A stretch of DNA of 64,000 nt from Patescibacteria group bacterium (GCA_022563395.1 JADFNM010000001.1:178830-242829); one strand, 5' to 3'. Shown: positions 1 through 9,544, counted from the first letter of the stretch. Notes: generated by a model not told the origin, from the letters alone. A program made the numbers and translations.

Positions 1-180
1 AAAACAGCATCAACGAAATTTTCCAAGTGAACTTCTATACTATGAAGCGTACAAATCAAAACAGGCAGCACGAGAAAGAGAAAAGAAGCTTAAATTTTAT
101 GGAAGTGTTTGGAGGACACTCAAGAAACGAATATCAGCTTAGAGGGCGGGGTGTCAGCCTCGCTTGAAAGCTCGGCTTCC

Positions 181-612
181 ATGTTCATAGGTGAATACCG
201 ACATTCTATAGACGAAAAAAAGCGTCTTGCTATTCCTTCTAAGTTCAGAAAGGAGCTTGGGGACGGGGCAGTAATCACAAAAGGACTAGACAATTGTCTG
301 GTTATCTATCCCGTTAAATCTTGGAAAAAGAAGTCTGAAAAATTGGCTCAGCTACCTGAAGCCTCAAAAGAGGCGAGGGGATATGCAAGAACCATTTTGG
401 CTGGGGCCGCAACAGCAGAATTTGACCGCTTGGGGAGAATTCTCATCCCGGAGTATTTGAAAGATTATGCAAAAGTAGAAAAAAACGTAGTTATCATAGG
501 CCTGCATAACCGTTTGGAAGTCTGGTCGGAAAAACTCTGGAATACATACAGAGAAAAAGCTGAAAATAACATAGAAGATTTCGCCTCAAAGCTCAGTGAT
601 TTTGGAATCTAA
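181..612 (+). CDS. mraZ: Division/cell-wall cluster transcriptional regulator MraZ (ORF also opens at an alternative TTG at 109)
   Basis: Translation contains the MraZ motif FIGEYRHSIDEKKRLAIPSKFR and a second half-domain. It is followed directly by rsmH, the conserved mraZ-rsmH order. Confidence 0.85.
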   Translation: MFIGEYRHSIDEKKRLAIPSKFRKELGDGAVITKGLDNCLVIYPVKSWKKKSEKLAQLPEASKEARGYARTILAGAATAEFDRLGRILIPEYLKDYAKVEKNVVIIGLHNRLEVWSEKLWNTYREKAENNIEDFASKLSDFGI

Positions 613-614
613 AC

Positions 615-1496
615 ATGCACATTCCAGTCTTAAAAGACAAAGTCATAGAATACTTAAATCCCAGACCCAATCAAAACTTTATTGACGCAACGCTCGGATA
701 TGGGGGACACACAGTATCTATCCTGGAGAAAACAGCTCCTAAAGGAAAGGTTCTTGCTCTAGACCTCGACGCTACTGCGCTTTCAAGAGTTACAGCAAGA
801 GCGAAAGAGGCAGGGGTGGGGGCAAGGCTTAAGGTGAAAGAAGAGAACTTTGCAAATATAGCGGGTGCTGCAAAAGAAGAAAAGTTTAAGCCCGTACACG
901 GTATACTCTTTGACCTTGGGCTCTCATCTGATCAACTAGAGAACTCGGGGAGAGGATTCTCATTTAAAAAGTCAGAACCTCTCGATATGAGGTACAGCAA
1001 AGAGAGTCCAACCACAGCTGAAAAAATCGTGAACTTCTGGTCAAAGCGGGATCTAGAATACATTTTGAAAGAATATGGGGAGGAAGAGTTTTCAAGGGAA
1101 ATTGCACAAGCCCTTATCCAGACAAGAGCCACAAAGCAGATTACCAAGACCAATCATTTGGTAGAAATCGTGCTGGCGGCCACTCCAAAGTGGTACCACA
1201 AAAAGAAAATCCATCCGGCAACAAAAACCTTTCAGGCATTGAGAATCGCAGTGAACCGAGAACTGGAAAACCTGAAGATAGCATTACCTCAGTCAGTAGA
1301 AATATTAGAAAATCAGGGAACCATCGTGGTCATTTCCTTTCATTCATTGGAAGACCGTATGGTCAAAGACTTTTTTAAAGAGCACTCATCACTCGTCGTT
1401 CTAACCAAAAAGCCCGTTGTGGCTCAGGATGAGGAGGTAAAACAAAATCCAAGGTCAAGATCGGCAAAACTGAGAGCAGCAAGAAAAACTGTATAA
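615..1496 (+). CDS. rsmH: 16S rRNA (cytosine1402-N4)-methyltransferase RsmH/MraW
   Basis: 293 aa with HIPVL start and an SAM-binding DATLGYGGHT motif. Sits immediately after mraZ. Confidence 0.9.
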   Translation: MHIPVLKDKVIEYLNPRPNQNFIDATLGYGGHTVSILEKTAPKGKVLALDLDATALSRVTARAKEAGVGARLKVKEENFANIAGAAKEEKFKPVHGILFDLGLSSDQLENSGRGFSFKKSEPLDMRYSKESPTTAEKIVNFWSKRDLEYILKEYGEEEFSREIAQALIQTRATKQITKTNHLVEIVLAATPKWYHKKKIHPATKTFQALRIAVNRELENLKIALPQSVEILENQGTIVVISFHSLEDRMVKDFFKEHSSLVVLTKKPVVAQDEEVKQNPRSRSAKLRAARKTV

Positions 1497-1499
1497 AGT

Positions 1500-1817
1500 A
1501 TGCGCATGATTGCTTTTGCGACAAAGCCACCAGTAAAAGGAGCAGTACTCCTGGGAGTCTTCTTGGCCGGGCTTCTCCTGCTCTACATCTTTCAGGTAAA
1601 TGCCCTCACCGCCAGTGTCTATCACATGGGAGACCAGGAGAAGCGCTTGAGGCAGCTAAAAGAACAGAGCATTCTTTTTAAGGTACAACATCTTCCAAGC
1701 TTTTCGAGAGCTCGTATGGAAGAGTTGGCACAAGAGATGCATTTTGAACGGGTCCAAGAGGTTTCTTACCTCAGAGTTCTGGGTCCCGCCGTGGCTGCAA
1801 CCACAAACCAGGAATAG
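1500..1817 (+). CDS. FtsL-like cell division protein (single N-terminal TM plus coiled coil)
   Basis: 105 aa with an N-terminal hydrophobic helix followed by a charged coiled-coil stretch. Lies between rsmH and ftsI, as ftsL does in division/cell-wall clusters. Confidence 0.4.
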   Translation: MRMIAFATKPPVKGAVLLGVFLAGLLLLYIFQVNALTASVYHMGDQEKRLRQLKEQSILFKVQHLPSFSRARMEELAQEMHFERVQEVSYLRVLGPAVAATTNQE

Positions 1818-1841
1818 GATTGGGGGATACACCCCAGGGAT

Positions 1842-3503
1842 ATGCGAAATTGGAGACTTCTTCTCATTGTTTTTTTCTTCTTGGCTCTTGGATTTGGGCT
1901 TACAACCCGTCTTGCCATTCTGCAGATTGCAGACCACGGGTTCTATAGGGCCCTGGCACAAGGGCAACAGAGCTTACCTAGGATCGCGGTGGGGAACCGG
2001 GGAGACATCTTCTTTGTAGACAAGAAAGGGACTTTGTATACGGTAGCCACCACCAAAAAACAGCCTTTTGTGTTTGTCACTCCAGTTGAAGTAGAGCAAA
2101 AGGAAGAAACTGCGGCAATCTTGGCCGCCATCCTTGATGTTCAAAAGGATTTTGTTATAGAAAAGCTTTCCAAAGAGGAAAGTCTTTTTGAGGTAGTGAA
2201 AAAGCAACTCAGTTTAGAGGAAACGTATGAGCTCCAAAAACTGGTGCTACCTGGAGTATATATTCAGCAAGAAAGCATACGCTCATACCCGCATGGCGCT
2301 TTGGCGTCTCGCACCTTGGGGTTCGTAAACCAAGACTGGGAAGGCCAATATGCAATAGAGAAGTACTATGAGGAACATTTAAAAGGAAAAGAGGGTTTAG
2401 AAAGAACCGTACGCAATGTGGCAGGATACCTGCTCTCTGAGAACAAAGATACCTTGCAGCATGGAAAAGACCTCGTGCTCACTATTGATTTTAACATTCA
2501 GTCAATGGCTGAATCCTTACTTCTCAAAGCAAAAGAACTCCATAACATTGAAGAGGGGACCATTATCGTAATAGATCCCATGGACGGTTCCATCTTAACT
2601 CTGGCAAACTATCCAAACTTTGACCCCAACACGTATTCTGAGGTTGCGGATTTTGGCGTGTTCCAGAATCCCGCTGTCCAAAAACTCTTTGAGCCAGGCT
2701 CCGTGTTCAAACCCATTACCATGGCTTCTGGCATTGATGCCGGCAAAATTACTCCTTCCACCACCTACCAAGACCAAGGAGTGGTGCGCATTGGAGGATA
2801 CAAAGTTTTAAACTATGACGAGCGAGTATGGGGAGAACGGACCATGACCGAGGTTCTGGAATACTCCATTAACACGGGGGCGGTATTTGCAGAAGCTGAA
2901 ACCGGGCACGCTACCTTTTTAGAATATCTTGAGAGGTTCGGCATATTTAAACCAACTAAAGTAGATATCGCAGGAGAGATCTACTCCGCAAACAAGGAAT
3001 TGAAAAAAGGATATGAGATTACCTACGCTACAGCTTCCTTTGGGCAGGGCATCGAAATGACCGCAATGCAACTCCTGCGGGCATACTCTGCCCTGGCCAA
3101 CGGCGGATATTTGCCGACCCCACATCTGCTAAAGCAGGATATGCCGTTGTCTGCACCTATTATTTCAGAAAGGACGGCCTCCCAGGTAACAGCCATGCTG
3201 GTGTCGGTGACGGAAAATGGATTCGCAAAGTCAGCGCGAGTTCCTGGCTACTACTTAGCCGGTAAAACCGGGACTGCTCAGATTTCGTACTCGGCCCTTG
3301 GGGTGGAAAAACCCGGCTACTCAGATGAAACCGTTCAATCTTTCATTGGATACGCACCGGCTTTTACGCCAAGGTTTTTGGCTTTAGTAACGCTCAAAAA
3401 CCCGCAAACCAAGACCGCAGAATATTCTGCAATCCCTTTGTTCCAAGAACTAGCAAAGTACATCCTGGACTATTACGAAGTTCCCCATGATTACGGGGAA
3501 TAG
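1842..3503 (+). CDS. ftsI: Penicillin-binding protein, transpeptidase (FtsI/PBP3-like)
   Basis: 553 aa with an N-terminal TM and the three PBP active-site motifs: SVFK (SxxK), SIN (SxN) and KTGTA (KTG). Confidence 0.85.
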   Translation: MRNWRLLLIVFFFLALGFGLTTRLAILQIADHGFYRALAQGQQSLPRIAVGNRGDIFFVDKKGTLYTVATTKKQPFVFVTPVEVEQKEETAAILAAILDVQKDFVIEKLSKEESLFEVVKKQLSLEETYELQKLVLPGVYIQQESIRSYPHGALASRTLGFVNQDWEGQYAIEKYYEEHLKGKEGLERTVRNVAGYLLSENKDTLQHGKDLVLTIDFNIQSMAESLLLKAKELHNIEEGTIIVIDPMDGSILTLANYPNFDPNTYSEVADFGVFQNPAVQKLFEPGSVFKPITMASGIDAGKITPSTTYQDQGVVRIGGYKVLNYDERVWGERTMTEVLEYSINTGAVFAEAETGHATFLEYLERFGIFKPTKVDIAGEIYSANKELKKGYEITYATASFGQGIEMTAMQLLRAYSALANGGYLPTPHLLKQDMPLSAPIISERTASQVTAMLVSVTENGFAKSARVPGYYLAGKTGTAQISYSALGVEKPGYSDETVQSFIGYAPAFTPRFLALVTLKNPQTKTAEYSAIPLFQELAKYILDYYEVPHDYGE

Positions 3504-3554
3504 CTCTCTGTAGAGTAGACTTAGCCTATTTCCTATGATATAAGAAAGAATCTT

Positions 3555-3627
3555 GGCCTTATCGTCTAGTGGCTCAGGACGCCGCCCTCTCACGGCGGTA
3601 ACACGGGTTCGACTCCCGTTAAGGCCA
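3555..3627 (+). tRNA. tRNA-Glu (anticodon CTC); CCA not encoded
   Basis: Acceptor pairing GGCCTTA/TAAGGCC, anticodon stem CCGCC/GGCGG with loop CTCTCAC, and T-loop GGTTCGACTCC. Overall it closely resembles bacterial tRNA-Glu. Confidence 0.8.
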
Positions 3628-3662
3628 CACTCGTGAATTTGTCAAACTTCCCGCCTCGCCGC

Positions 3663-3683
3663 TTTGCGGCTCGCCGCGTTCTT
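3663..3683. repeat. Left arm of a GC-rich inverted repeat (TTTGCGGCTCGCCGCGTTCTT) flanking the AT-rich ORF 3790-4302
   Basis: Its reverse complement recurs at 4333-4354. Each arm is also internally palindromic (GCCGC...GCGGC). Confidence 0.6.
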
Positions 3684-3789
3684 CAAAAACTGCCAAAGAA
3701 CCGGAAAAATATCGGCTCAAACCATATTTTGGTAAAAGAAAAATTTTTATATAATAAGGTCGAGATAATTATTAAGTTATATATAAATT

Positions 3790-4302
3790 ATGAATTTAAA
3801 ATACATTACATTTATTATAATTTTACTCACTCTTTTTGTTAGTTATGCGCTTTTTGGTTACCAGGTTGTAGAAGGACAAGAACTTCCCAATCCTTTTAAA
3901 GCACCACCGAAAGATATTGCGGGAGGAATATTTTCTTTGATTTTTAGCTTTGGTTTCGCGGTATTGCTTCCTATCTTGATCTTTTTCCTCATATCTTATT
4001 TCCTTATTTCATTAGGATTTAAGATTCTAAAAATTGAGGGGATAGCAAGATCTAAGATTGTAGTTTATATATTCGTAATGTTTCTAGTGGGTTCTTTCTT
4101 GCAGCCAGTAATTAGTAAATCTCTCGGAGGCGCTGTTAATGTATTCATTCTTTATTTGATAAATAGTCTTATTTCTTTTGGAATAACTTTCGCTCTCCTT
4201 AAATATTACTTTTCACTATCTGGGAAGAAACTTTGGCAATTCTTTCTGTATCTTGTCATCCTAGCTTTAATCTTTTTGGGATTAAGGGCGCTGTTGTTTT
4301 AA
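3790..4302 (+). CDS. Hypothetical polytopic membrane protein (very AT-rich)
   Basis: 170 aa made almost entirely of hydrophobic helices. GC content is far below its neighbours, and it is flanked by inverted repeats. Confidence 0.45.
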   Translation: MNLKYITFIIILLTLFVSYALFGYQVVEGQELPNPFKAPPKDIAGGIFSLIFSFGFAVLLPILIFFLISYFLISLGFKILKIEGIARSKIVVYIFVMFLVGSFLQPVISKSLGGAVNVFILYLINSLISFGITFALLKYYFSLSGKKLWQFFLYLVILALIFLGLRALLF

Positions 4303-4332
4303 CTTGCCGCCAAAGAAAAACTTGAAATTGTC

Positions 4333-4354
4333 AAAGAACGCGGCGAGCCGCAAA
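4333..4354. repeat. Right arm of the inverted repeat (AAAGAACGCGGCGAGCCGCAAA)
   Basis: Reverse complement of 3663-3683. Followed by two tandem GC hairpins at 4440-4500. Confidence 0.6.
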
Positions 4355-4593
4355 TCACGGGGGCTTCTTCTCGCCGCCGTAGGCGGAGAAAAATGTTCGA
4401 GCTAATTTAAGAATAGCCCACATCTCGCAATTTCGCCTGGTTCGCCCCGTCATTCGACGGGGCGCCCCGTGTTTATCACGGGGCGACTCCCCTTGGGGCC
4501 ACCATTGATTGACATCTTTTTTACCCCGTGTACCATAGATAAAACACAGGTGTTTTATGTCTTTGTTGAGCACTTTTTTCCAGGAGGGAGGGT

Positions 4594-4788
4594 ATGGCAA
4601 CCAGCCAGAAGGTTTCCGTCACCAAAACTCCTCCCCCCACTGAGGAGGGATGTAACCATCACTGGGACATTGATACACCAAGTGGTGGTTCAACAAGCTT
4701 GGGACGATGTCGCTTCTGCCGCGAGATCAGGGAATTTCGCAATGCGATGCCGCAATTCGACAAGCGGGGTGAGCGCGAGTACAACTAA
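4594..4788 (+). CDS. Small Cys/His-rich hypothetical protein (possible zinc ribbon)
   Basis: 64 aa with CNHHW...CRFC. It is preceded by a TTGACA -35-like hexamer about 17 nt upstream of ACCATA, and by a GGAGGGAGGG ribosome-binding site. Confidence 0.35.
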   Translation: MATSQKVSVTKTPPPTEEGCNHHWDIDTPSGGSTSLGRCRFCREIREFRNAMPQFDKRGEREYN

Positions 4789-4881
4789 TCCCTCGACCGC
4801 CCCCAACGGTTGATGCAGTACCCCAGGAGCTATACGTACGATGCGTATGGCTCTTTTTCATTTCAGTTCCCATGCGTTTTC

Positions 4882-4889
4882 TGTATAAT
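4882..4889 (+). promoter_or_regulatory. Extended -10 element TGTATAAT only 7 nt upstream of the ATPase ATG, suggesting a leaderless transcript
   Basis: TGTATAAT at 4882-4889 with the ATG at 4896. No Shine-Dalgarno sequence. Confidence 0.35.
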
Positions 4890-4895
4890 ACAAGA

Positions 4896-7493
4896 ATGCA
4901 AACTATTACTGCGTGGCACAGTATTACAACAAAAGAAGCGCTGAGAATTCTCAACTCGAATGCGGAGCTTGGGTTAAAAGAAAAAGAGGTTGAATTGCGA
5001 AAGAGTGAATACGGATTAAATACCCTTCCTGAAGACAAACCATTGTCTCCTCTGGTTCTTTTTTTACGTCAGTTTAAGAGCCCCCTCATCTTTATTCTGG
5101 TAATAGCAGGGAGCGTCACCTTCTGGCTTCAAGAATATACCGACAGCATCGTAATTTTCAGCGCCGTGCTCCTCAACACCGCCATTGGATACTTTCAAGA
5201 AAATAAGGCGAGCAAGGCACTTTTTGAGTTAAAAAAGATTCTCCAACAAAAAGCCTTGGTCGTGCGAGAGGGGACAGAAAGAGAGATACTTCAAGAAGAC
5301 CTGGTGCCGGGAGACCTTATAGTGCTCACGGAGGGAAACAAGGTTCCCGCGGACTGTCGAATCCTAGAATCCTTTGAACTGCGCATTAATGAGGCAGTGC
5401 TTACCGGAGAGTGGCTCGCTTCAGAGAAAAAGCCAATGGTTCTTGAAAGAAAAACTCCCTTAGCTGACCGAGACAACATGGCATACATGGGCAGCGTGGT
5501 GGCAGCAGGAAAGGGAAAAGCCCTTGTTATCGCCACAGCTCAGAGAACAGAGCTTGGTAGGATTTCAAAACTCATATCTGAAGTTAAAGAAGAAAAGACT
5601 CCCTACCAAAAGAAACTTCAGCGCTTCTCTTGGATTATTGGGACTATCATTGCTTTTCTTACCGTGTTCATCTTTGTAGAAGGGGTGGCAACCGGTGGAG
5701 ACATTGTTGAAATGTTCACCATTGCAGTGGCCATTGCGGTGGCTGCCATCCCAGAAGGCCTGCCTGTTGCAATGACCGTGGTACTGGCAGTTGGCATGCA
5801 GCGAATCTTGGCAAAAAAAGGTCTGGTGCGCCATTTAACTTCTGCCGAAACCCTTGGAAGTACCTCAATTATTGTAACCGACAAAACCCTTACCTTAACA
5901 GAAGGCAGAATGAAGGTAGAAGAGGTTGTACCCTTGAAAGCAGGGAACCGAGAAGAGGTCTTGCGAGCCGCTGCCCTTGCCAACGAGGCATTTATTGAAA
6001 ATCCAAAGGCCGCATTGGAAAAGCCAGTGTTAAGGGGCAGACCCACAGACAAGGCCCTGCTCCAAGCTGCCATGGAAGCTGGCATCTCACGACAAAAGAT
6101 TGAAGAGCACGCACCTTGCTTGTTTCGCATTCCCTTTAACTCAAATGAAAAGTACTTGGCCTCCTTTCACAAAGACAAAGAGGCAGTAAAGCTGTATGTC
6201 TCGGGAGCACCAGAAAGAATCATGGAACTCTCCAAGCTTTCTGAAGGAGAAGTCCATCAGGCAGAAAAAAGATTGCAAGAACTCACTTCCCAAGGTCTTA
6301 GAGTGGTTGCGCTTGCCAAAAAAGACATTCTGAATCATCAAGGACCAATGGTAAAAAAAGAGATGCTAAGAAAAGAAATTGTGGGGCTTGAATTTCTCGG
6401 TTTCATTGCCTTAAAAGACCCTATTCGCAAAGGAGTAAAAGAGGCGATAAAACTTGCAAAAGACGCAGGACTCAAAACCATCATTGCAACAGGAGACCAT
6501 CTCTTAACTGCAAAGGCAGTGGCAATGGAACTTAAGATACCCGCAAACGAAGAAAATCTTATGGAGGGAAAAGAGTTGGATGGTTTAACCGACAATGAAC
6601 TTGATTCAAGGCTGGGACACATTTTTGTCTTTGCAAGGGTAGAACCCAAGCACAAGCTCCGTATCATTGAGGCATGGCAAAGAAGGGGTCAAGTTGTTGC
6701 AATGACGGGAGACGGGGTGAACGACGCCCCAGCCCTAAAAAAGGCAGACATTGGTTTGGCCCTGGGCTCTGGAACAGATGTTGCAAAAGAGGCCTCTGAC
6801 TTAATCTTGCTGGCCGACAACTTTGCCATTATTCCAGCTGCCATCAAAGAGGGCAGAGTTATTATAGACAACATCAGAAAGGTCATCACGTACCTCGTAT
6901 CGGGATCCTTCACAGAAACCATATTAATAGGAACCAGTTTGTTGCTGGGGCTCCCGTTGCCTTTGACGGCCCTGCAGATTCTCTGGATCAATCTTGTAGA
7001 AGACGGATTGCCTGGCATGGCTTTGACCTTAGAAAAACCAGAAGGGGATGTTATGGCAAGACCCCCTTTAAAAAAGAACTCTTCCCTGCTTACGCAGGAA
7101 ATGAAGGTCATTATCTTTGGCATTAGCATTATTACCGACGTTCTCTTGTTTGGACTGTTCCTCTGGCTCTTGCAAACGCCCTACACCATACAACACATCC
7201 AAACGGTCATCTTTGTAGGGTTGGGGATTGACTCTTTGTTCTACGTCTTCTCGGTTAGAAGTTTGAGGAGAAACATCTGGCAGTACAACCCCTTTTCCAA
7301 TCTCTGGGTCACGGGAGCTGTGTTCTTGGGCCTTTTGCTGCTGGTATCTGCAGTCTATCTTCCTTTGCTTCAGTTCTTTTTGGGCACGGTAGCCTTAACA
7401 TTGTTTGATTGGACCCTGCTTATTTCGCTTGGGCTCCTCAATGTTCTCCTCATTGAAGCTGTGAAGTGGTACTATATCAGAAAAATGAAGTGA
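4896..7493 (+). CDS. P-type cation-transporting ATPase, P2-type (Ca2+/Mg2+-like); ORF also opens at 4872
   Basis: PEGLP and TGDGVNDAPALKKADIGLA motifs and about 10 TM segments. The phosphorylation motif reads DKTLTLT instead of the canonical DKTGTLT. Confidence 0.85.
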   Translation: MQTITAWHSITTKEALRILNSNAELGLKEKEVELRKSEYGLNTLPEDKPLSPLVLFLRQFKSPLIFILVIAGSVTFWLQEYTDSIVIFSAVLLNTAIGYFQENKASKALFELKKILQQKALVVREGTEREILQEDLVPGDLIVLTEGNKVPADCRILESFELRINEAVLTGEWLASEKKPMVLERKTPLADRDNMAYMGSVVAAGKGKALVIATAQRTELGRISKLISEVKEEKTPYQKKLQRFSWIIGTIIAFLTVFIFVEGVATGGDIVEMFTIAVAIAVAAIPEGLPVAMTVVLAVGMQRILAKKGLVRHLTSAETLGSTSIIVTDKTLTLTEGRMKVEEVVPLKAGNREEVLRAAALANEAFIENPKAALEKPVLRGRPTDKALLQAAMEAGISRQKIEEHAPCLFRIPFNSNEKYLASFHKDKEAVKLYVSGAPERIMELSKLSEGEVHQAEKRLQELTSQGLRVVALAKKDILNHQGPMVKKEMLRKEIVGLEFLGFIALKDPIRKGVKEAIKLAKDAGLKTIIATGDHLLTAKAVAMELKIPANEENLMEGKELDGLTDNELDSRLGHIFVFARVEPKHKLRIIEAWQRRGQVVAMTGDGVNDAPALKKADIGLALGSGTDVAKEASDLILLADNFAIIPAAIKEGRVIIDNIRKVITYLVSGSFTETILIGTSLLLGLPLPLTALQILWINLVEDGLPGMALTLEKPEGDVMARPPLKKNSSLLTQEMKVIIFGISIITDVLLFGLFLWLLQTPYTIQHIQTVIFVGLGIDSLFYVFSVRSLRRNIWQYNPFSNLWVTGAVFLGLLLLVSAVYLPLLQFFLGTVALTLFDWTLLISLGLLNVLLIEAVKWYYIRKMK

Positions 7494-7494
7494 G

Positions 7495-8487
7495 ATGATT
7501 TTCCACGTACTCTTAGTTATCTTTTCTGCCTTCTTGATGTTCCGTGCTGCCAATTGGCTGGTGCAGGGAATCAGCAGGGTTGCACAATATCTTCAGTGGA
7601 GTGAGTTTGTTATCGCCTTTTTTGTTATGGCGATGGGGGGTTCATTGCCCAACCTCTTTGTGGGGCTTTCTTCTGTTGCCCATGGCATTCCAGAGCTCTC
7701 CTTTGGTGACGTTGTGGGGAACAGCGTGGTAGCCCTTACCCTGGTAGCAGCATTAGCTGTGTTTGTCGGCGGTTCTGACCTGTTGGCTGAAGGAAAATTG
7801 ATACAAACCTCTGCCTTTCTCACTATTTCCATTGCCCTTCTGCCGTTGTTGCTTATTCTTGATGGAGTACTGGGAAGGGGAGATGGCATTGCCTTAATAA
7901 TTGTCTTTTTCGGGTATGCCGCCTGGATGTTCACAAAACGCAAATACTATCAGCAGACCCTGGACGAAAGCCAAAAACCACCTCTGAAACAATTCCGAAG
8001 CTTTATGATTGGGCTTTTACAAATTATTGTCGGCGGGGCATTGCTTTTGGCTGCGGCAGAGGGGGTTGTACGTTCTGCCAACTTTTTTGCAAATGAGTTT
8101 TCGCTGCCTATTGCCATAATTGGTATTCTTGGGCTGGGCTTCATGTCTGCGCTTCCAGAACTCTACTTTGCAATAGCCGCAGCGCGCAGAGGAAAAAGCT
8201 GGATTATCTTGGGAGAACTCACGGGCTCCGTCATTATCTTAACCACCCTGGTGTTGGGCATTGTCGCCATTCTCCAGCCCATTGTAATAGTGGACTTTTC
8301 GCCCTTTGCCTTCGCCCGCTTCTTTATGATTCTCGCTGCCTTGTTTTTCTTAATCTTTATTCGCACAGAACGAAAGATTACCAAAAAAGAAGCGCTCTTT
8401 CTCGTTGGTCTCTACCTTGCCTTTGTGGGGGTAGAACTGTTCACTAAAATCTGGTGCGACCCCACCATGATTTTCTGTTTGAGGTAA
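7495..8487 (+). CDS. Ca2+/cation antiporter (CaCA family; Na+/Ca2+ exchanger-like)
   Basis: 330 aa with two alpha-repeat regions: GNSVVALTLVAALAV and GELTGSVIILTTLVLGI. Starts 1 nt after the ATPase stop codon. Confidence 0.7.
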   Translation: MIFHVLLVIFSAFLMFRAANWLVQGISRVAQYLQWSEFVIAFFVMAMGGSLPNLFVGLSSVAHGIPELSFGDVVGNSVVALTLVAALAVFVGGSDLLAEGKLIQTSAFLTISIALLPLLLILDGVLGRGDGIALIIVFFGYAAWMFTKRKYYQQTLDESQKPPLKQFRSFMIGLLQIIVGGALLLAAAEGVVRSANFFANEFSLPIAIIGILGLGFMSALPELYFAIAAARRGKSWIILGELTGSVIILTTLVLGIVAILQPIVIVDFSPFAFARFFMILAALFFLIFIRTERKITKKEALFLVGLYLAFVGVELFTKIWCDPTMIFCLR

Positions 8488-8509
8488 TAAAATGATACAA
8501 TAAAGGCGC

Positions 8510-9544
8510 ATGACAACCGTATTACTTTCAGTCATCATCATTCTTCTCGTTGGCGTGTTTGCATTCCTCTTGTGGCAGCAGCGAAAAAAAGAGGACAGCG
8601 CCAGCTCCCTTATGTTGCAAAACCAAATTGCAGAATTAAATCGTACGCTTGACTTAAAGTTAGGAGAATCAAGCAAGGCGATTCGTGACCAATTTGGTGA
8701 AAGTACAAAAATTATCAAAGAAATCACCCAAGAGCTTGTGAAAGTAGGGGAGGGACAAAAACAGGTGATGGGCGTTACCGACCAACTCAAGAGCTTGCAA
8801 GACATCCTTAAAAACCCAAAACAGCGGGGGGTTCTTGGTGAATACTATCTTGAAACCGTATTAAAAAATGTTCTGCCTCCGGGTGCGTACCAAATGCAGT
8901 ATTCATTTAAGGACGGAACAATTGTAGACGCGGTTGTTATTACCAAAGAAGGTATTATCTCGGTTGACTCCAAGTTTTCTTTGGAAAACTACAACCGTAT
9001 CTTAGAAGCTGCCACACCTGATGAGCGCGAGCGCTATGAAACAGCATTTCGCAACGACCTAAAGACGCGAATTGATGAAACCGCAAAGTATATAAAACCC
9101 CAAGAGGGAACGCTGAGCTTTGCCTTCATGTTCATACCTTCTGAAGCCGTGTACTATGACCTTTTGGTGAATAAAATAGGGGCAGTAAAAACAAATACCC
9201 TCAATCTTATTGAATACGCTGCCGGTCAAAAAAAGGTAATAGTGGTTTCTCCCACAACGTTTCTCGCCTATCTTCAAACCGTACTGCAAGGGCTCAAAGC
9301 TTTAAAGATTGAAGAATCTGCAAAGAAGATAGGGGAACGGGTACAAGCCCTGGGCAGGCATATTGGAAGCTATGAAAGCTACATGAAGAAACTTGGGGCA
9401 CACCTTGGAACCACCGTAAACACCTACAACACCGCGTATAAGGAGCTGGGGAAGATAGATAAGGATGTGCTTCGCATCACAGGCTCCTCCAATGATATTG
9501 AGGCCGTGCAGATTGACCGCCCGCAAACCGAAGACGACGAATAG
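8510..9544 (+). CDS. rmuC: DNA recombination protein RmuC
   Basis: N-terminal TM, a long coiled coil and a C-terminal RmuC nuclease-like domain (FMFIPSEAVYYDL). Confidence 0.8.
   Translation: MTTVLLSVIIILLVGVFAFLLWQQRKKEDSASSLMLQNQIAELNRTLDLKLGESSKAIRDQFGESTKIIKEITQELVKVGEGQKQVMGVTDQLKSLQDILKNPKQRGVLGEYYLETVLKNVLPPGAYQMQYSFKDGTIVDAVVITKEGIISVDSKFSLENYNRILEAATPDERERYETAFRNDLKTRIDETAKYIKPQEGTLSFAFMFIPSEAVYYDLLVNKIGAVKTNTLNLIEYAAGQKKVIVVSPTTFLAYLQTVLQGLKALKIEESAKKIGERVQALGRHIGSYESYMKKLGAHLGTTVNTYNTAYKELGKIDKDVLRITGSSNDIEAVQIDRPQTEDDE

Noticed and set aside
1190-1378. 62-aa ORF nested inside rsmH in another frame; also 932-1153 on the minus strand
   Set aside because: Nested within a conserved, well-supported gene. 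No independent signals.
5291-7129. Several 80-170-aa ORFs antisense to the P-type ATPase gene (5291-5536, 5618-6130, 6338-6667, 6689-7129)
   Set aside because: They overlap a well-supported 873-aa gene on the opposite strand. They are low-complexity Ala/Ser/Thr-rich mirror translations with no motifs.
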